From the human T2T-CHM13v2.0 reference genome, Homo sapiens: a DNA stretch of 64,000 bases. Of the stretch, positions 1 to 12,727 are shown piece after piece. Position numbers and translations under genes: made by a program. The notes under the pieces were generated by a model. The model was not told where the DNA came from and ran no database searches. It was given only the letters and a program-made list of their open reading frames with translations. The DNA is taken from assembly GCF_009914755.1 (NCBI RefSeq), contig NC_060939.1. One strand, given 5' to 3'. Positions within the stretch are counted from its first letter, which is position 1. The number at the start of each line of letters is the position of its first letter.

Positions 1-78
1 AGATTGTGCCACTGCACTCCAGCCTGAGTGACAGAGCAAGACTCTATCTCAAAAAGAAAAAAAAAAGAAAGAAAGAAA
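1..78 (+). mobile_element. Alu 3' end with A-rich tail
   Basis: GCCACTGCACTCCAGCCTG...GACAGAGCAAGACTC followed by poly(A). Confidence 0.95.
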
Positions 79-204
79 ATTAGTTTCTGTTGCTTGCAAC
101 CTAGAATCCTAGCAGGTTCTGAGTCTCTAGCACTTACTTTCAGACAAAGTTCTCCTGGTGCCAAAGCCACTACATCTCTGCTGCTGCTGTGGCTACAGTT
201 GCTG

Positions 205-415
205 AAGTTGAGCATAGACTTCAGAGTCAGACAGACCTAGGTTTGAGTCCCAGCCCTGCCAATTTAATGCAGTGTGACTTTCTACACGTTATTTAACATC
301 TCTGGACTTCTGTTGCTTCCCCTGCAGGATGAGGGAAGTGATATTTAGCTTGAAAGACTGCTATGAGGATCTGCACATAGCATTGTGCCTGGCACAGAGT
401 AGGTGCTTAGTGACT
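205..415 (+). mobile_element. MIR (representative; others at about 2240-2430, 13110-13310, 29560-29790, 31780-31980, 40080-40230, 54720-54900, 61650-61830)
   Basis: AGAGTCAGACAGACCTAGGTTTGAGTCCCAGC...TGTGACTT...GTGCCTGGCACAGAGTAGGTGCT. Confidence 0.75.
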
Positions 416-2563
416 GCTCTTGTATAATAAAATATGATGGTGATGATGATGATGACCATGGACATGTGCTGAAGTTTCTCCTGATGTGATCCCCATCCAG
501 AGTTTATTACAGAGGCAAAGCTACTCCCGTTTGATGACAGGTCTCTGGAGCTACCTTGAATGGTCTGTCCTCTCAGTACCAATTGCTCTTTAGAACCCTC
601 AAAGCTGGTCTTACTCATGGAGTTGAATAAACTCTTTCAATAAGGAACTTGCTATAAGTCCCCTGGGGACTAGTCCAGAGCATGATTCAGAGACACACCC
701 CCAACCCCTCCTATATTCAATGCTTTGCAAATGGAGCTCTTTCTGGCCTGCCCTGAGATCCTAGAACATCTAAGATGGGCATGCAACTTCAAGCCCCACT
801 GTGGTCCTTGCAATCTGATCTCAGGTCATCCAGACCCTTGACCTGGCCTCACAGCCTGACATAGCCTCACAACTACTAGAGATACATCCTGGATGGCAAG
901 CCACACTCTAAGACACTGTGCTCCAGCAGGAGCCCTGGTTTCTCCCATCCCATCTCTGAGCTGGCAGAGCTGTTGCATAGTGTTTCCATTTTTCTAAGGG
1001 TTGTTCCAGAGTCTAGGGTGTTCATGAGAAGTAATTTGCAAACCCCATCCCATGCTACTCTAAGAATTATACCCTCATACCAGTCTGGGAAAGAGTCTGA
1101 CCCCCACCTTCACCCCAAGTCATGGCAATGGGTGAGGTGGCACCTATGCTGGTTATGTGGGCACTACAGATAAATGGGCAACTGCAAGATCAGGAAATCA
1201 TCCTAACACAGAAAGAAACATCTCTTGTTCTAAGACTCCCTCTTTGAACAACCCAGTTAACCCTACAGGCCCCTCATTCGTCTTCCAAAGCACTGATTTG
1301 CCGCTTAGGACATATATTTGTTAGACTAGCAGCTGAGTAGTAGCCTCTATCTTTTCCTAGCAAGAGTATAAGCCACCTGGAGTGAGAGCCTTCTTACACT
1401 TTCCCTGTCCTCTGCACCTGGCACCTTGCCTGAAGATGAATCAGAGCTGACGAAATACTTGTCGAATGGCTGCTCCATGGATGACACAGAATACAGCTGC
1501 AGACCCTGACTACCTGGCCCAAAATAGCAAATATTGTGGGCCATGGGGCCATGGAAACCTGAGGTGCCTCCCAGGGCCACGGCAGATGATTAAGAAAATT
1601 GGCCGAGAGATAGGATCGCACCAGCCCACAATAGCCTGTGCATTTTTGTCCAGGTTGGAGAGGCAGGACACAGCCTGTACCTGTTTGGCAGGACACAGCC
1701 AGGTCATTCCTGATAGACAAGACACAGCCACCCGACACACGGAGTAGAGCCCCCACAAGGCTGCTGCTCAGAATGCTCCTGCAAGCTCAGCTGCGATTTT
1801 AGGCCTGCTGGAGTGAGGTCTCAGGTTACACCAACTCCTCAGCTTCTCAGCTTTTGATGGGAGCTGCTTCTGGACAGGGACATCACCACCAGCCCATTAG
1901 TGAAGGAAATATTTGCCAGAGAGCGTCACCCTCCAGGAGGAGAATAACAACTGAAGGTCTATATTTCATCTGTTCCAGGACTCTTTTAGCTTAGATGAAT
2001 TCCTTAATCCTTCTCTACCCATAGGCTCAAAGAGTTGCAAATCTTCCAAACACTCGGTACCCCTTTTAAGTTTAGAAATTGACCTAACAATAATGCCTCC
2101 TTGCAATGTCCTTGCAAGTGGCCTGGTATGCACTGCCTGGTTTGCCCACATGTCAATACTGTGAGGCTGGACATGGGGATTGTTTGGTTTGGAGATGTAC
2201 TGTGTGATAAATAATGGAACGTTACAACGGCTAACATTATACTAAACATTTTACAAAAAAGTAAGCCTCAGAACAACCATATGAAGGGGGGAATGTCACT
2301 ATCCCCAGTTTCAGACGAGCAAACTGAGGCTTAGAGGTGTTAAGAAACTTCCAAAGTCACCTAACTGGGAAGTGGTAAGACCATGATTCAAACCCAGGAA
2401 CGTTTGGCTTCTAAGCACAGACTCCTAATGCTCACAGTCCACTTCTACCCACATATTTATGAAATATCAATCACTGTGCTGCCTGCTGGAGACATAGGGA
2501 CAATTAAGGTACCACCTTGTTGCTCAAGATTCCAACCTAGCCAGAGAAACAAACATTAGCTTA

Positions 2564-2890
2564 ATTTTTAATTATATATTACAGTGTGATATTTGTAATA
2601 ATAAAAATTATATGTAGGAATGGAAGGATGATGATTAATTCAGTCAATAAGGGAGGAACAGAGATTAGGGAAGGCATCACAGAGGAACATTCAAAAAATG
2701 AAACTTTATGATTCAATTTCTTTTCTGTTTTGAGTGTGTGATCTTTAGCCATCATTCGTCCACACTGGCATCTATTGAATGAGTCATCCATCATCTGGGA
2801 AAGACCCAGGCAAAAGGGTCCCCTTCTCTGAGCCCATGCTTTATAGGTCTTACATATCACAAACCCAAAATAGATTAATGTGTTAAAGAA
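2564..2890 (+). repeat. Copy 1 of a direct duplication of about 330 bp (copy 2 at 4467-4799)
   Basis: Shared blocks such as TTACAGTGTGATATTTGTAAT, CCACACTGGCATCTA and CAAAAGGGTCCCCTTCTCTGAGCCCATGCTTTA. Confidence 0.95.
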
Positions 2891-3685
2891 CTTGAGAGCA
2901 TCTCTGTCATTCAGGATTCAGAACTCAGCATCGGCACAGCACAACCAATAACCCTAAACACCACTCGGATGAGTAACACCATTCAGGCCCCAGAGAAACG
3001 CTTCTCCGTGTCTCTTGTCCTGTGTCTGTGAATCAAAGGGAAACCTTGTCCAAATGCCATCCATGAAGATTTGTGGGTTGTGCCGCTGCCAGCGCTGGAG
3101 ATGGACACCTCCCTTTGGAGGATGGGCAGGATGTGAGCCCCATATGAACTCAGATAAGAATTAGGCAAATTAGTTAACTTACCTTATTCTTCCTCACAGA
3201 TTGCATGAATGCACAGATTCATGCAAAGTGCAGTATCCTTTCCTAGGAATGCTGAGTGTCTATTTCTTGCTTCTCTCAATGCTCCAGTCTGTGATTCTGG
3301 AATCAGTCAAAAATTAAGGCAGTATTCACAACAGCTTCACATGATGGTTGGGAAATAGTTTGCAATATTAAACAAATCCTAACACTTTTAATTTGTGTAT
3401 TTGCAGGCCTATCCATAACATACAAAAAGCATGATATTAATTCTTTATGTTGGCCACAGGCAGACCTCAAAGGCTAGAATTGTATTAATAAATAGGTTTT
3501 ATTTTATAAAAATATGTTTAAAGATTTAATTACATTTTCAAAAGATTAAGTAATTTTAATCTAAGTGATGTTGATTTTTAAAGTTGATACGAATTTATTA
3601 TAAATTATATTTTCTTTTAATTTCAATAGATTGTTTTGCAAATTTTATTTACATAAATATTCAGTCATAGAAAAACATCAGATGG

Positions 3686-4041
3686 TGTAATGAACTGAGT
3701 GTTATGTCTTGCCGAAAGTCATATGTTGAAACTCTAATCCCAATGTGATGATATTTGGAGGTGGCACCTTTGGGAGGTAATTAGGTCATGAAGGTGGAAC
3801 CCTCAGGAATGGGATTAGTGTCCTCATAAGAAGATGCCAGAGAGCTGGCTAGCTCTCTTTCCACCTCATGAGGATGCAACCAGAAGTCAGTAGTCTGCAA
3901 CCTGGAAGAGGGCCCTCACCAGAAACCGACCAGGCTGGCACCGTGATCTCAGACTTCCAGCCTCCAGAACAGTGAGGAATAAATTGTTGATAAGCCAGCA
4001 ATCTATGGTACTTTGTTATACAACCCAAACTGACTGAGACA
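3686..4041 (+). mobile_element. MaLR solo LTR (MLT1A/MST-like)
   Basis: TG...CA ends; hallmark GGGAGGTAATTAGGTCATGA, GACTTCCAGCCTCCAGAAC, AATAAATT...TTTGTTATA. Confidence 0.88.
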
Positions 4042-5551
4042 GATGGGTTTGCTCCCCTCTTTAGCCTCACTCACTTATCTCCCTCAGGATCCCTTCTGGG
4101 CCAGCAAACAGGAGATTGGCCAGGTGTGGAGCCTCACCCATAGCACCTGGCTCAGCAGGAAGCATGTAAAAGGCCCCCAGGCCAGGACAGGAGGGGCCTC
4201 CGTTGCAAGCTATTTTCACTGCTACTACATATACTGCTCAGTGCCTCACTCTGTCTTGCTTTGACTTGGGCCTTCTGACTGTCTCCTGGTACCTACCTAT
4301 TCACCTGGCTTCCTGATCTGCTTTGACGGATAGCTCCAGTCACTGATCTCTTGAGCCAGGTCTTTGTCAACCTTGCTTTGACCATCACAACCCTTGCTTC
4401 CTCCCCACGAAGTATTTCCTGATATCCATTGGCCTGCAATGATACAGGGAAATAAATATTAACATGTTTTTGAATTATACATTACAGTGTGATATTTGTA
4501 ATGATAAAAATTATGTGTAGGAATGAATCAAAGGGTGGTTATTAATTCTGTCAATAAGGAAGGGAGATTAGGGAAGGCTTCCCAGAGAAACACTAATTAA
4601 ATGGAACTTTATCTATGATTCAAATTATTTTCTATTTTAACTGTGTAATCTTTAGCCATCAACCATCCACACTGGCATCTACTAAATGAGTCATCCACCA
4701 TCTAGGCAAGGCCCAGACAAAAGGGTCCCCTTCTCTGAGCCCATGCTTTAACAGGTATCACATATCACAACACCCCCAAAAATTAATGTATTAAAGAACA
4801 TAAAGTAATATGAATATATACTTCAAAAATCAGAGCTCTCCCCCCTCCCTTACCCACTCCCCAAGAATATACAGAGAATGGCCTTCTTCATCTCTCATTT
4901 CACATAAATCATTGTAGAAACTACCCTGATCCTAGCTTCACCCTCTGCCCTTCAGGATAATTCATAAAAATCATTAAGCACTGAAATCATCCAGTTCAAA
5001 CACTGTCTTTTTACAACTGGAGAAACTCAGACACAAGGAGGGGAAGTGACTTTCCCATGATCACCCATCAAGTGAACTGAGACTAGAGCCAGTCTCCAAG
5101 CTCCAAGCCCACATCCACACTCTGGTTCCAAAATGCCACGTATCCAGATAATTGTGTGGCATTCCAGCAGCACCCCACCCTAATCAATCTCCACATGACA
5201 TCCCATAGGGCAGTTATTGTGAATTGTGGGGGGCAGAAGTTGGATGCTGGGTGTGCAAAGGAAAAGCAAGGGAGGTTGTTTCATAAATGACACAATGGCA
5301 CGCTCCAAAGTTGAGTTGCAGGGCTTCCGCTGCCCTGAGAGACTGCATGCCTTTCTGGAGACTAAACATTTTCACAGTTCCTTTGGCCCAAGGGTTATTT
5401 TCTTGTTGGAAAAAAAATGGAAAAATTCCCCACACGGATGGCAAGAAAAATAACTTCAGCTTGACTAATCCAGAGACAAAGCTTCTTCTGAAATTGCAAA
5501 AGGATAGAATTGGAGGGGAGCAAACATTTCTTTTAAATAAACACAGAATAT

Positions 5552-5720
5552 TTCTTTCTTTGCTTTGTTTTAGAGACAGAGTCTCACTTGTTGTCCAGGC
5601 TGGAGTGCAGTGGCATGCAGTTATGGACCACTGCAGCCTCAAACTCCTGGGCTCAAGTGGTCCTCCTGCCTCATCCTTGCAAAGTGCTGGGATTATAGGT
5701 GTGAGCCACCATGTCCAGCC
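5552..5720 (-). mobile_element. Alu monomer (FRAM/AluJ-like) with target-site duplication
   Basis: Single-arm Alu sequence flanked by CACAGAAT(A/G)TTTCT on both sides. Confidence 0.9.
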
Positions 5721-6221
5721 CCACAGAATGTTTCTTCTGGGTTTCTTTTTATTTGCTCATGCCTAAGAACCCCTAATTGGCTCCTTAGAGAAAGGCCAGG
5801 TCCCATGGGTCAGAGGAGAAACTGGGTGGGCATGAACCTACAGGAGAAGCCCCAGCTCACTGGAGCTCCCTGTCTGGCCAAGCCTGTTAGGAGCTGTGTC
5901 CCACAGGGCCTGGGCTGAGAGGGAGACGTGCCTTCTTGCAGAATCCCCCGCATACCCAGATGAGCCCTCCCTAGAGATGGGACTATCAACTGTCCAAGAC
6001 CCTGTTCATTACTTATCTTCAAAATGTGCCTCCTCTTCTTAACGAATAAATGCCTTTGGCACTAAGAGTTCTTTTGCTACAACTTGTTTCTTAAAATCAA
6101 AATAACTTAGGTTGATTTTATCAATTGCATAACTTACTAATTTTTTTATCTGATTTTTCTCAGTTCTTTAGCTAAAGAAAAACTCAAATTAGTATCTATG
6201 TTTAAAATATTTCTTCTATGA

Positions 6222-6443
6222 AGCCTGGGCAACATAGAAAGACCCAATCTCTACAAAAAAATTAAATAACTAGCCGGGCATGGTGGTATCCACATGCAGT
6301 CCCAGCTACTCAGGAGGCTGAGGTGGGAGGTTCACTTGAGTCCAGGAGTTCAAGACTGCAGTAAGCGAAGATCGTGCCACTGCACTCCAGCCTGGGTGAC
6401 ACAGCGAGACCTCATCTCTAAAATACATTAAAAAGGAAAAAAA
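6222..6443 (+). mobile_element. 5'-truncated AluJ-like element
   Basis: AGCCTGGGCAACATAG..., right arm, GAGGTGGGAGG..., degenerate tail. Confidence 0.9.
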
Positions 6444-7267
6444 TATAACTGTTGGAAAATACTGAAATTGTCAATGACTGCAGGTATCCTTGAAAACATT
6501 TCTCCTGTGAGATTAAGTAAATCATCTATATGTTCATGGCATCTATTCTGAGAACTTATTGATGCCTTTAAGGGACGCTTACAGCTGCACTGTCATTAAT
6601 GACTGTGGATATTGCTAAACAGCAGGTTACCATCTTCTAGAATTTGTATCAGTTTATCAAATGTAGTCACACATAGATGGCTCGCACTTGGCAAAAAAGT
6701 TAGGAATTGTCCTGGAAGGGTCCATGCGAGTGCGAGTTTTGATGCTTAAATGTCCCTGGCTTCACAGTAGACCTGCCCTGCAAACCATTAAAATGGTTTG
6801 TCCCAGCCTCGCAGGGGTCATTTTACCTACCCTTCAAGATACCCACCTCACAGCCAGTGAGCATGGAAGAAGCCCAGGGAACTGGGGTCATGACATGATC
6901 ATGTGATATGAGTAGAGCATGAAGGAAAGAGCATCAGATTCCGGGCTGGGTGAATTAGGACAATGCTTTTCATACGTGACTATATGTTCACTCTTCTCTA
7001 TAGTAGTATTCATAATACTAGCCCTCTATACTTCACAGGTATGGGAATCAAGTTGTAAAACATCTGGAAAATTACTTCACAAACTAGAAAGCACTTCTTG
7101 AAAGTAATGTCTTTTGTTCATAAAATCATGCATTCATTAAATATTTATTAAGCACCGACTATATGCTAGGTACTGTTCCAGCATTGGAGATAGAGAAATA
7201 AACAAATATGACTATCTGTTTAAGAGATAAAATGTATTTTCCTCCTAGCCTTTAAGGTGAATAGCCC

Positions 7268-7793
7268 TTGGGACAGTAGTCAGTCTCCAAGATGGTCCCC
7301 AGGGACCCCACCTCCTATTGTTGTGCCCACCATACTGAATTGGGGCTGACCTACACACGAGAATATGGTAGAACCAACAGTCTATGACTTCCAAGACTGG
7401 GCCATAAAAGACACTGCTGCCTCATCCTTGGCCTCCTGGATTACTCGCTCTGGGGAAGCCAGCCACCATGTCATGTGGACACTCAAGAAGCCACCAAGAG
7501 GCTGGCGAGGAGAAATGCAGTGTTCTGTCAACATCCAGCACCAAAATGCCAGGCATGTATTACCTTAGAAGTAAATCTTCCAGCACCAGACAAGCCTTCA
7601 GATGGCTGCAATCTAGTTCACGTCTTGAATACAACGTCATAAGAGACCTCAAGCCTCAGTTGCCAGCTAAATCACTTCTTCGTGTCTGACCCATAGAAAT
7701 GTAAGAGGTAATAAATATTTATTCTTATACATAAAGTGTATAAGCCACTACATTTTGAGGTAAGTTGCTATGCAGCAATATATAACTAATATA
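7268..7793 (+). mobile_element. MaLR solo LTR (MLT1F/G/H-like)
   Basis: CCAAGATGGTCCCCA..., GGGGAAGCCAGCCACCATGT, end TAAGCCACTA...TTGCTATGCAGCAATA...TAACTAATA. Confidence 0.8.
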
Positions 7794-10400
7794 TTTCATT
7801 ACATAATTCTTCCAAAAGGGTAAAGGAAGATAATTCCACCTTTGGTCTCATATCACTACAGACTGATATTTGTTGCCTGACAATCTTCATTTGGTTGAGG
7901 AACTGCCATGGGTACCAATCATATAGTTGGTGCTCCATAATACTTACTTGTTGGCTGTTGGATTCATGATTCTGGAGCTGATGAGCACAACTATGGCTTG
8001 GTGGACAGGGATGAGGTCACACAAAAGTTGGCTAAGGCATAGAGAGATCCACCCAGGTAGGGCCAGGGGTGGGTGAGGATGGTCTCAGGAACAGGTGATC
8101 CTAGGAATCCAGATAGACAAGACCCTCACGATGGCCTGAGGGGCAGGATCCTGGTGGTCAGTCAGAGCACTGCATTCGTGCAGATCCAGGTCTGATGGAC
8201 AGTCTGGATTGGAGGGAGAATGGTTATCATGGAAAGACAGTACTTGGGTACTGAGGCCCAACAGCAAGACTTCAGACCAAGATGGGCGTGGGGGACAAGA
8301 TAGAGGAGACCAGTATTGGAGGATTAGGAGGTCAATGTAGAAATGGTAAGCAAGTCAGAAGCCCATCCCTGGAGCTCAGGCCCAGGTGGAGCTGAGGGTG
8401 CAGCAAGGCTGCAGAGGCCCAGGTTGACTCAAGGAGCATCTGCAGAATTGCAGCTGCAAGCCCCATAGCTGTGCTCCTCAGTTCTAAAGTCATGAATCCA
8501 AGAGCCAACAAGTAAGTGTTTATAGAACACCAACTCTATGATTGGTACTATGGGAGTTCTTCCAGCCAAATGAAGATTGTCAGGCAACAAATACCAGTTT
8601 TTAGTTATACGAGACTATCCTCAATCTGGAAAGGCATCCTTCATCTGCTGCCACAGGTAACACTGATTCCCCCTCACCTGGCACCTGGACCCTCCTAGCT
8701 GGGCACCCCTCTCAGCTGTGGAGCTCCCCACAAACTTGCCTTAAAGGTGTACAGCTCTAAAGTCTGGAATTCACTTTGATTTGGGATGATGGGGCTGCAA
8801 CACAGTCCTTCATATTGAAATCTCAGGAGAAGCAGCCTCTCCTTAACTACACCTTCACAGTTTTCCTTTTTGTAGTCTCTGGGTTTCTGAGATAATAAAT
8901 ACTATCTCCAAAACAGGTGATAACAATGACAGTGATGACACTAGACTGTGAGACTCCAATGTGGAGTCAAGGCAGGAAACTTTATTGACAAAAGGAGGAC
9001 TTAGTCAACACAGGAGTTCTGGGGACAATAAGATGGAAATCAAATACAGAGTAACCAAGATAAGGCCCTCACTTTCCATAAATACCTTTGCCTTCTCCAA
9101 AAGCAGGTACTTTCTAACTACAAAAGTATAACACAATGTGAGATGACAGGTTCAAATCCAAACTCCATCCTATTACTTTCAGAGACTACCTGTGATTTTG
9201 TAGCATCTCCTAGTTTTTTCAAATATATCAAAGACCCTAATTTTCCAAGCATTCATCCCAAAAGTAAATTCTCCAAAAAAAAAAAAAAGGACATACATCA
9301 CCCAAAAATTATGCAGATTGGTCCTGAGCTCTTCCACGTCAGCTTCTGGCCTCTCAGAACACCCTCATCACCCCAGTGTTCAGGTCCTGGGACAATTTTT
9401 CGATAACAATTTATCTACATAATGTTCACCATTGTGAGCAGAACTGGCATGAATCTTTGCACCTCACTGGAGCTATGAGAATTGTCTCTATTGGAAATGC
9501 TTCTGAATTAAATCAGCTGGGTTTCAATTCCTCACAAGCTAAGCTCAGTGTTATGTCTCATGTTGGTCCATTTTTGTGGCTTCCTTTCCCTCTCCCCAAG
9601 GCTTTTATGACCCATGAGAAAATGGGGGCAAGACCTCTAGTTGTGGTCCACTGTGGTCACTGTTAGTCCCTGGTCCAAGCTGTGGGGTCCATTCAAAGGT
9701 AGGCTGCTCCACAAATATGTCCACAACCAGCATGCCAAGCTCAACCACGGACAGAAGCCAACTCCACAGGTGCCATGGTCCTTAAGCTTTCAGGCAGCCA
9801 TCCCACCCCCAGTTCTGCCACCCTCACAGAGCTCAGCGCAGGGTTGTTGTACAAGTATTGATGGATTGGGTGAAACCCACCTTGTTTCTTTCAGCTATCT
9901 GACATCTGGCTCATTACCATTTCAGAAACTAAAATACGGCTCCCAAAAACAGTGGCCATGCTCATCCCATGGGCAAATGTACCTTACTACTAATTTGTCT
10001 ATTTTGATGGTTGAAACAATTTGTTGTGTGCTTGTTAGGCACCACCAAAGATTAAAAGAAATAGATGACATGGCCACTACTCCTAAAGACTTTTATTTTC
10101 TAGTTGGGAAGGTAAGTACCCATGGGAAGGTTTAAAGTTAATAATAGTACAAAATAAGAATGAAAGTAACACCTCAAGACACATTGGCACATCTCATTGG
10201 ATTCTCGGAGCAATCCTGGGTGACAGGTATTACAATTTCCCATTTTGTAGGTGAGGAAACTGAGGCATATATGATCCTCCCATAAGACTTGCCTCTGGAG
10301 GGGGAAACTAACCTGGGGCCAGAGGGGGTCATGCCCGGCTGTTACCCCCTGCTGTCTTGCTCCCTACCCTCTGTGACCCGCAAACTTCACAACACACATG

Positions 10401-10403
<3 letters not shown>

Positions 10404-10440
<37 letters not shown>
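10404..10440. repeat. (CA)n microsatellite
   Basis: About 18 CA units. Confidence 0.98.
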
Positions 10441-10443
<3 letters not shown>

Positions 10444-12539
10444 TCCAACCCTACCTTATTGGAACATCTGACTCTGTAATGATCTATAAAAGTTTTATTG
10501 TTCCTTCTTTTAGAAAGTTGCTGGATCTCCCTAGCACTTGTAAATAATGTGTGCTCCAGCCCCTATCTCTGCCCTGTCCCTAATCATAGGCACCCAGTGG
10601 GTAATTATCCAACAGCCAACAAGGGAGCAACAAGAATCCCATGAGGAAACTCAGTCCGGGGATTCTTCTGAGGTCACAGACCTCCATTCATGGGTGGTCG
10701 ACCCTTCAACCCTTCTGCCCCAACCTGTCAAGGAGACAATTGCCACAGCCCATGTGAGAGGCACTCTGGTTTTCCAGCCTCATCCCCCACTCTGCCCTTC
10801 AGTCTTCCCAGTAGATCAAATGACTTCCTACTATTTCCTGAACATACCCCCTCCCCAGGCTTGGGAGCGTGTCCTTTCCTCCTCCTGGAGTGCTCTTCTC
10901 TCAAGTAATGCTTGTCCAATTACTGCTCAGACTACAAAAACTAGGCCTAAATATCACCTCCTCCTTCAATCCTTTCCTGATTTTCTCCATCCATATATGA
11001 GCTTGCCTTTCTCTGAAACACCATAAAATTACAAGTGGATCATCTAAAAGTGTTCATCTCTATCTGCTTCTTATTACAGAAGCATATTTGCAGATTTGTC
11101 TTAGGGGATAGGAGTCAGAGTTCTGAGTCTGTCCAACCTCTGGCACTTATGACCCATGCAAAATTGGGAAACTGAGCCACAAGAAAGTCATCTATAAAAT
11201 GGGGTTTCATGAGGATAAAATGAGACAACAAAGAGAAAGCACTTCATAAACAATAATGGGCTTTACTCATGTTATGCTTAACCTCTCTCTGCCTCAGTTG
11301 GCGCGTCCATGAAAACACGTGTAGTGATGTCTCCCGCTTGGATTTGCCGTGAGGATTCGATGAGGTCGTGTATGTAAGGCAAAGTGAGCATAGTCCCCCG
11401 CCTCCATCTCTGGCCCTGTCCATGTCATAGCAGAGCTTGGACTGGAGACACCCCATTATATTTTTCACTCTGACCACGATGTTGTACAGGATTTAGGATG
11501 CTGCTGCAAACACTCTTTCATGGGCGTGACTTTTGGAACCTGGGCAGGAATTCCAATGCTCTGTAATAATAATCATCATCATAAACAGTTGGTGGTCCCT
11601 GCATCCAGGAAATCAGTTTTTAGGGGCCAAGTCTGTGCTGTGAGGGAACATGCCCCTCCCTCAGAGGTAGAGACTGCAGAGCATGTGTGTCTATAAAACC
11701 ACAGCTAATCCTCAGAGCCAGATGGAAGAGCTGCCTTCCTGAGTGGCCAGCTGCGGCATCGGAGCCAGAAATGCCCCACAGAGGCAGTTTGGGAAGCATC
11801 AGCCCTAGTGCTCCATGAGCCACGTTACTGAATTGCAACGTTGATGCGGGAAGGTGAATAATAAATCAGGTTAGACATTGGGTCAAGGATCTGCATCTGA
11901 GAAGAAAAGGAAATGATAAACTATCAGAGTTAGAAGGAACCAGCTCAGACCAACATCTTTGCTGCAAACTTCCAAGCCCCTCCCTTCCCCGCTTTCTCTT
12001 CTTCTTTTCAGGGCTGGGTCCCACACCCTTTCAGCATCACGTGTCCTTACACCCTCCAGCCACAGTTGACGTGACTGAGAGCGGACCAAGCTGGGCCAGT
12101 CAAATTCTCTCTCCTGGAATTCTGGAATTGGAAACTGGACACTGGTCAGCTTCTATTGGGATCTTTACCCAGGAAGACTCACTTTCATGGATGGAATACA
12201 GACTGGAAGCCAGACAAGAGAGAGGAGTATGGGAAACGCATGCCTCATTCCAAGAGAAACAGCTCAAGCAGGCAGCCCTGCATGAGGAACACCGCAAAAA
12301 AAAAAAAAAAAAACACTCACTGAAGACACAAACCTCTCTTGCCTCATCACTTTAGTGAAGTAACAGAGTGCCTTGCACACATAGGTGCTACTAAATTCAA
12401 GTTTATTGACATTCACTAATAATCAAAAACAAGTGGGGATCTAATCACAGTGTAGATTTGAGGGAGAAACAAAGAGCCTCTGAGCTCCTTAAAATCAGGG
12501 GCCAGGTTTATATAAAGCTGAAACGCAGGAAAAAACTAG

Positions 12540-12727
12540 CCGGGATGGTGGTCAGCTGTAGGGGGGATAATATGTGGAAGGGGGCACAAGGGGCTTCTGG
12601 AACGTTCTGATTCCTGTTCTGGGTGCTGGTTACAAGGGCCTGCTGGGCTTGTGAAAATTCAGTGAGCTATATGAGTATGACATACGCACATCTCTGTACA
12701 TATGGTATATGTCAATAAAAAGTTTAA
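12540..12727 (+). mobile_element. Old L1 (L1ME-like) 3' end fragment
   Basis: GGGGGCACAAGGGGCTTCTGG...GGTGCTGGTTACA...TTGTGAAAATTCA...CAATAAAAAG. Confidence 0.7.

Noticed and set aside
8945-8970. Small inverted repeat GACTCCA-ATG-TGGAGTC
   Set aside because: A 7-bp stem is expected by chance in 64 kb and has no supporting context.
9641-11026. 164-aa and 159-aa intergenic ORFs
   Set aside because: No recognisable domain or splice structure; partly overlapping old repeat-like sequence; lengths are compatible with chance.
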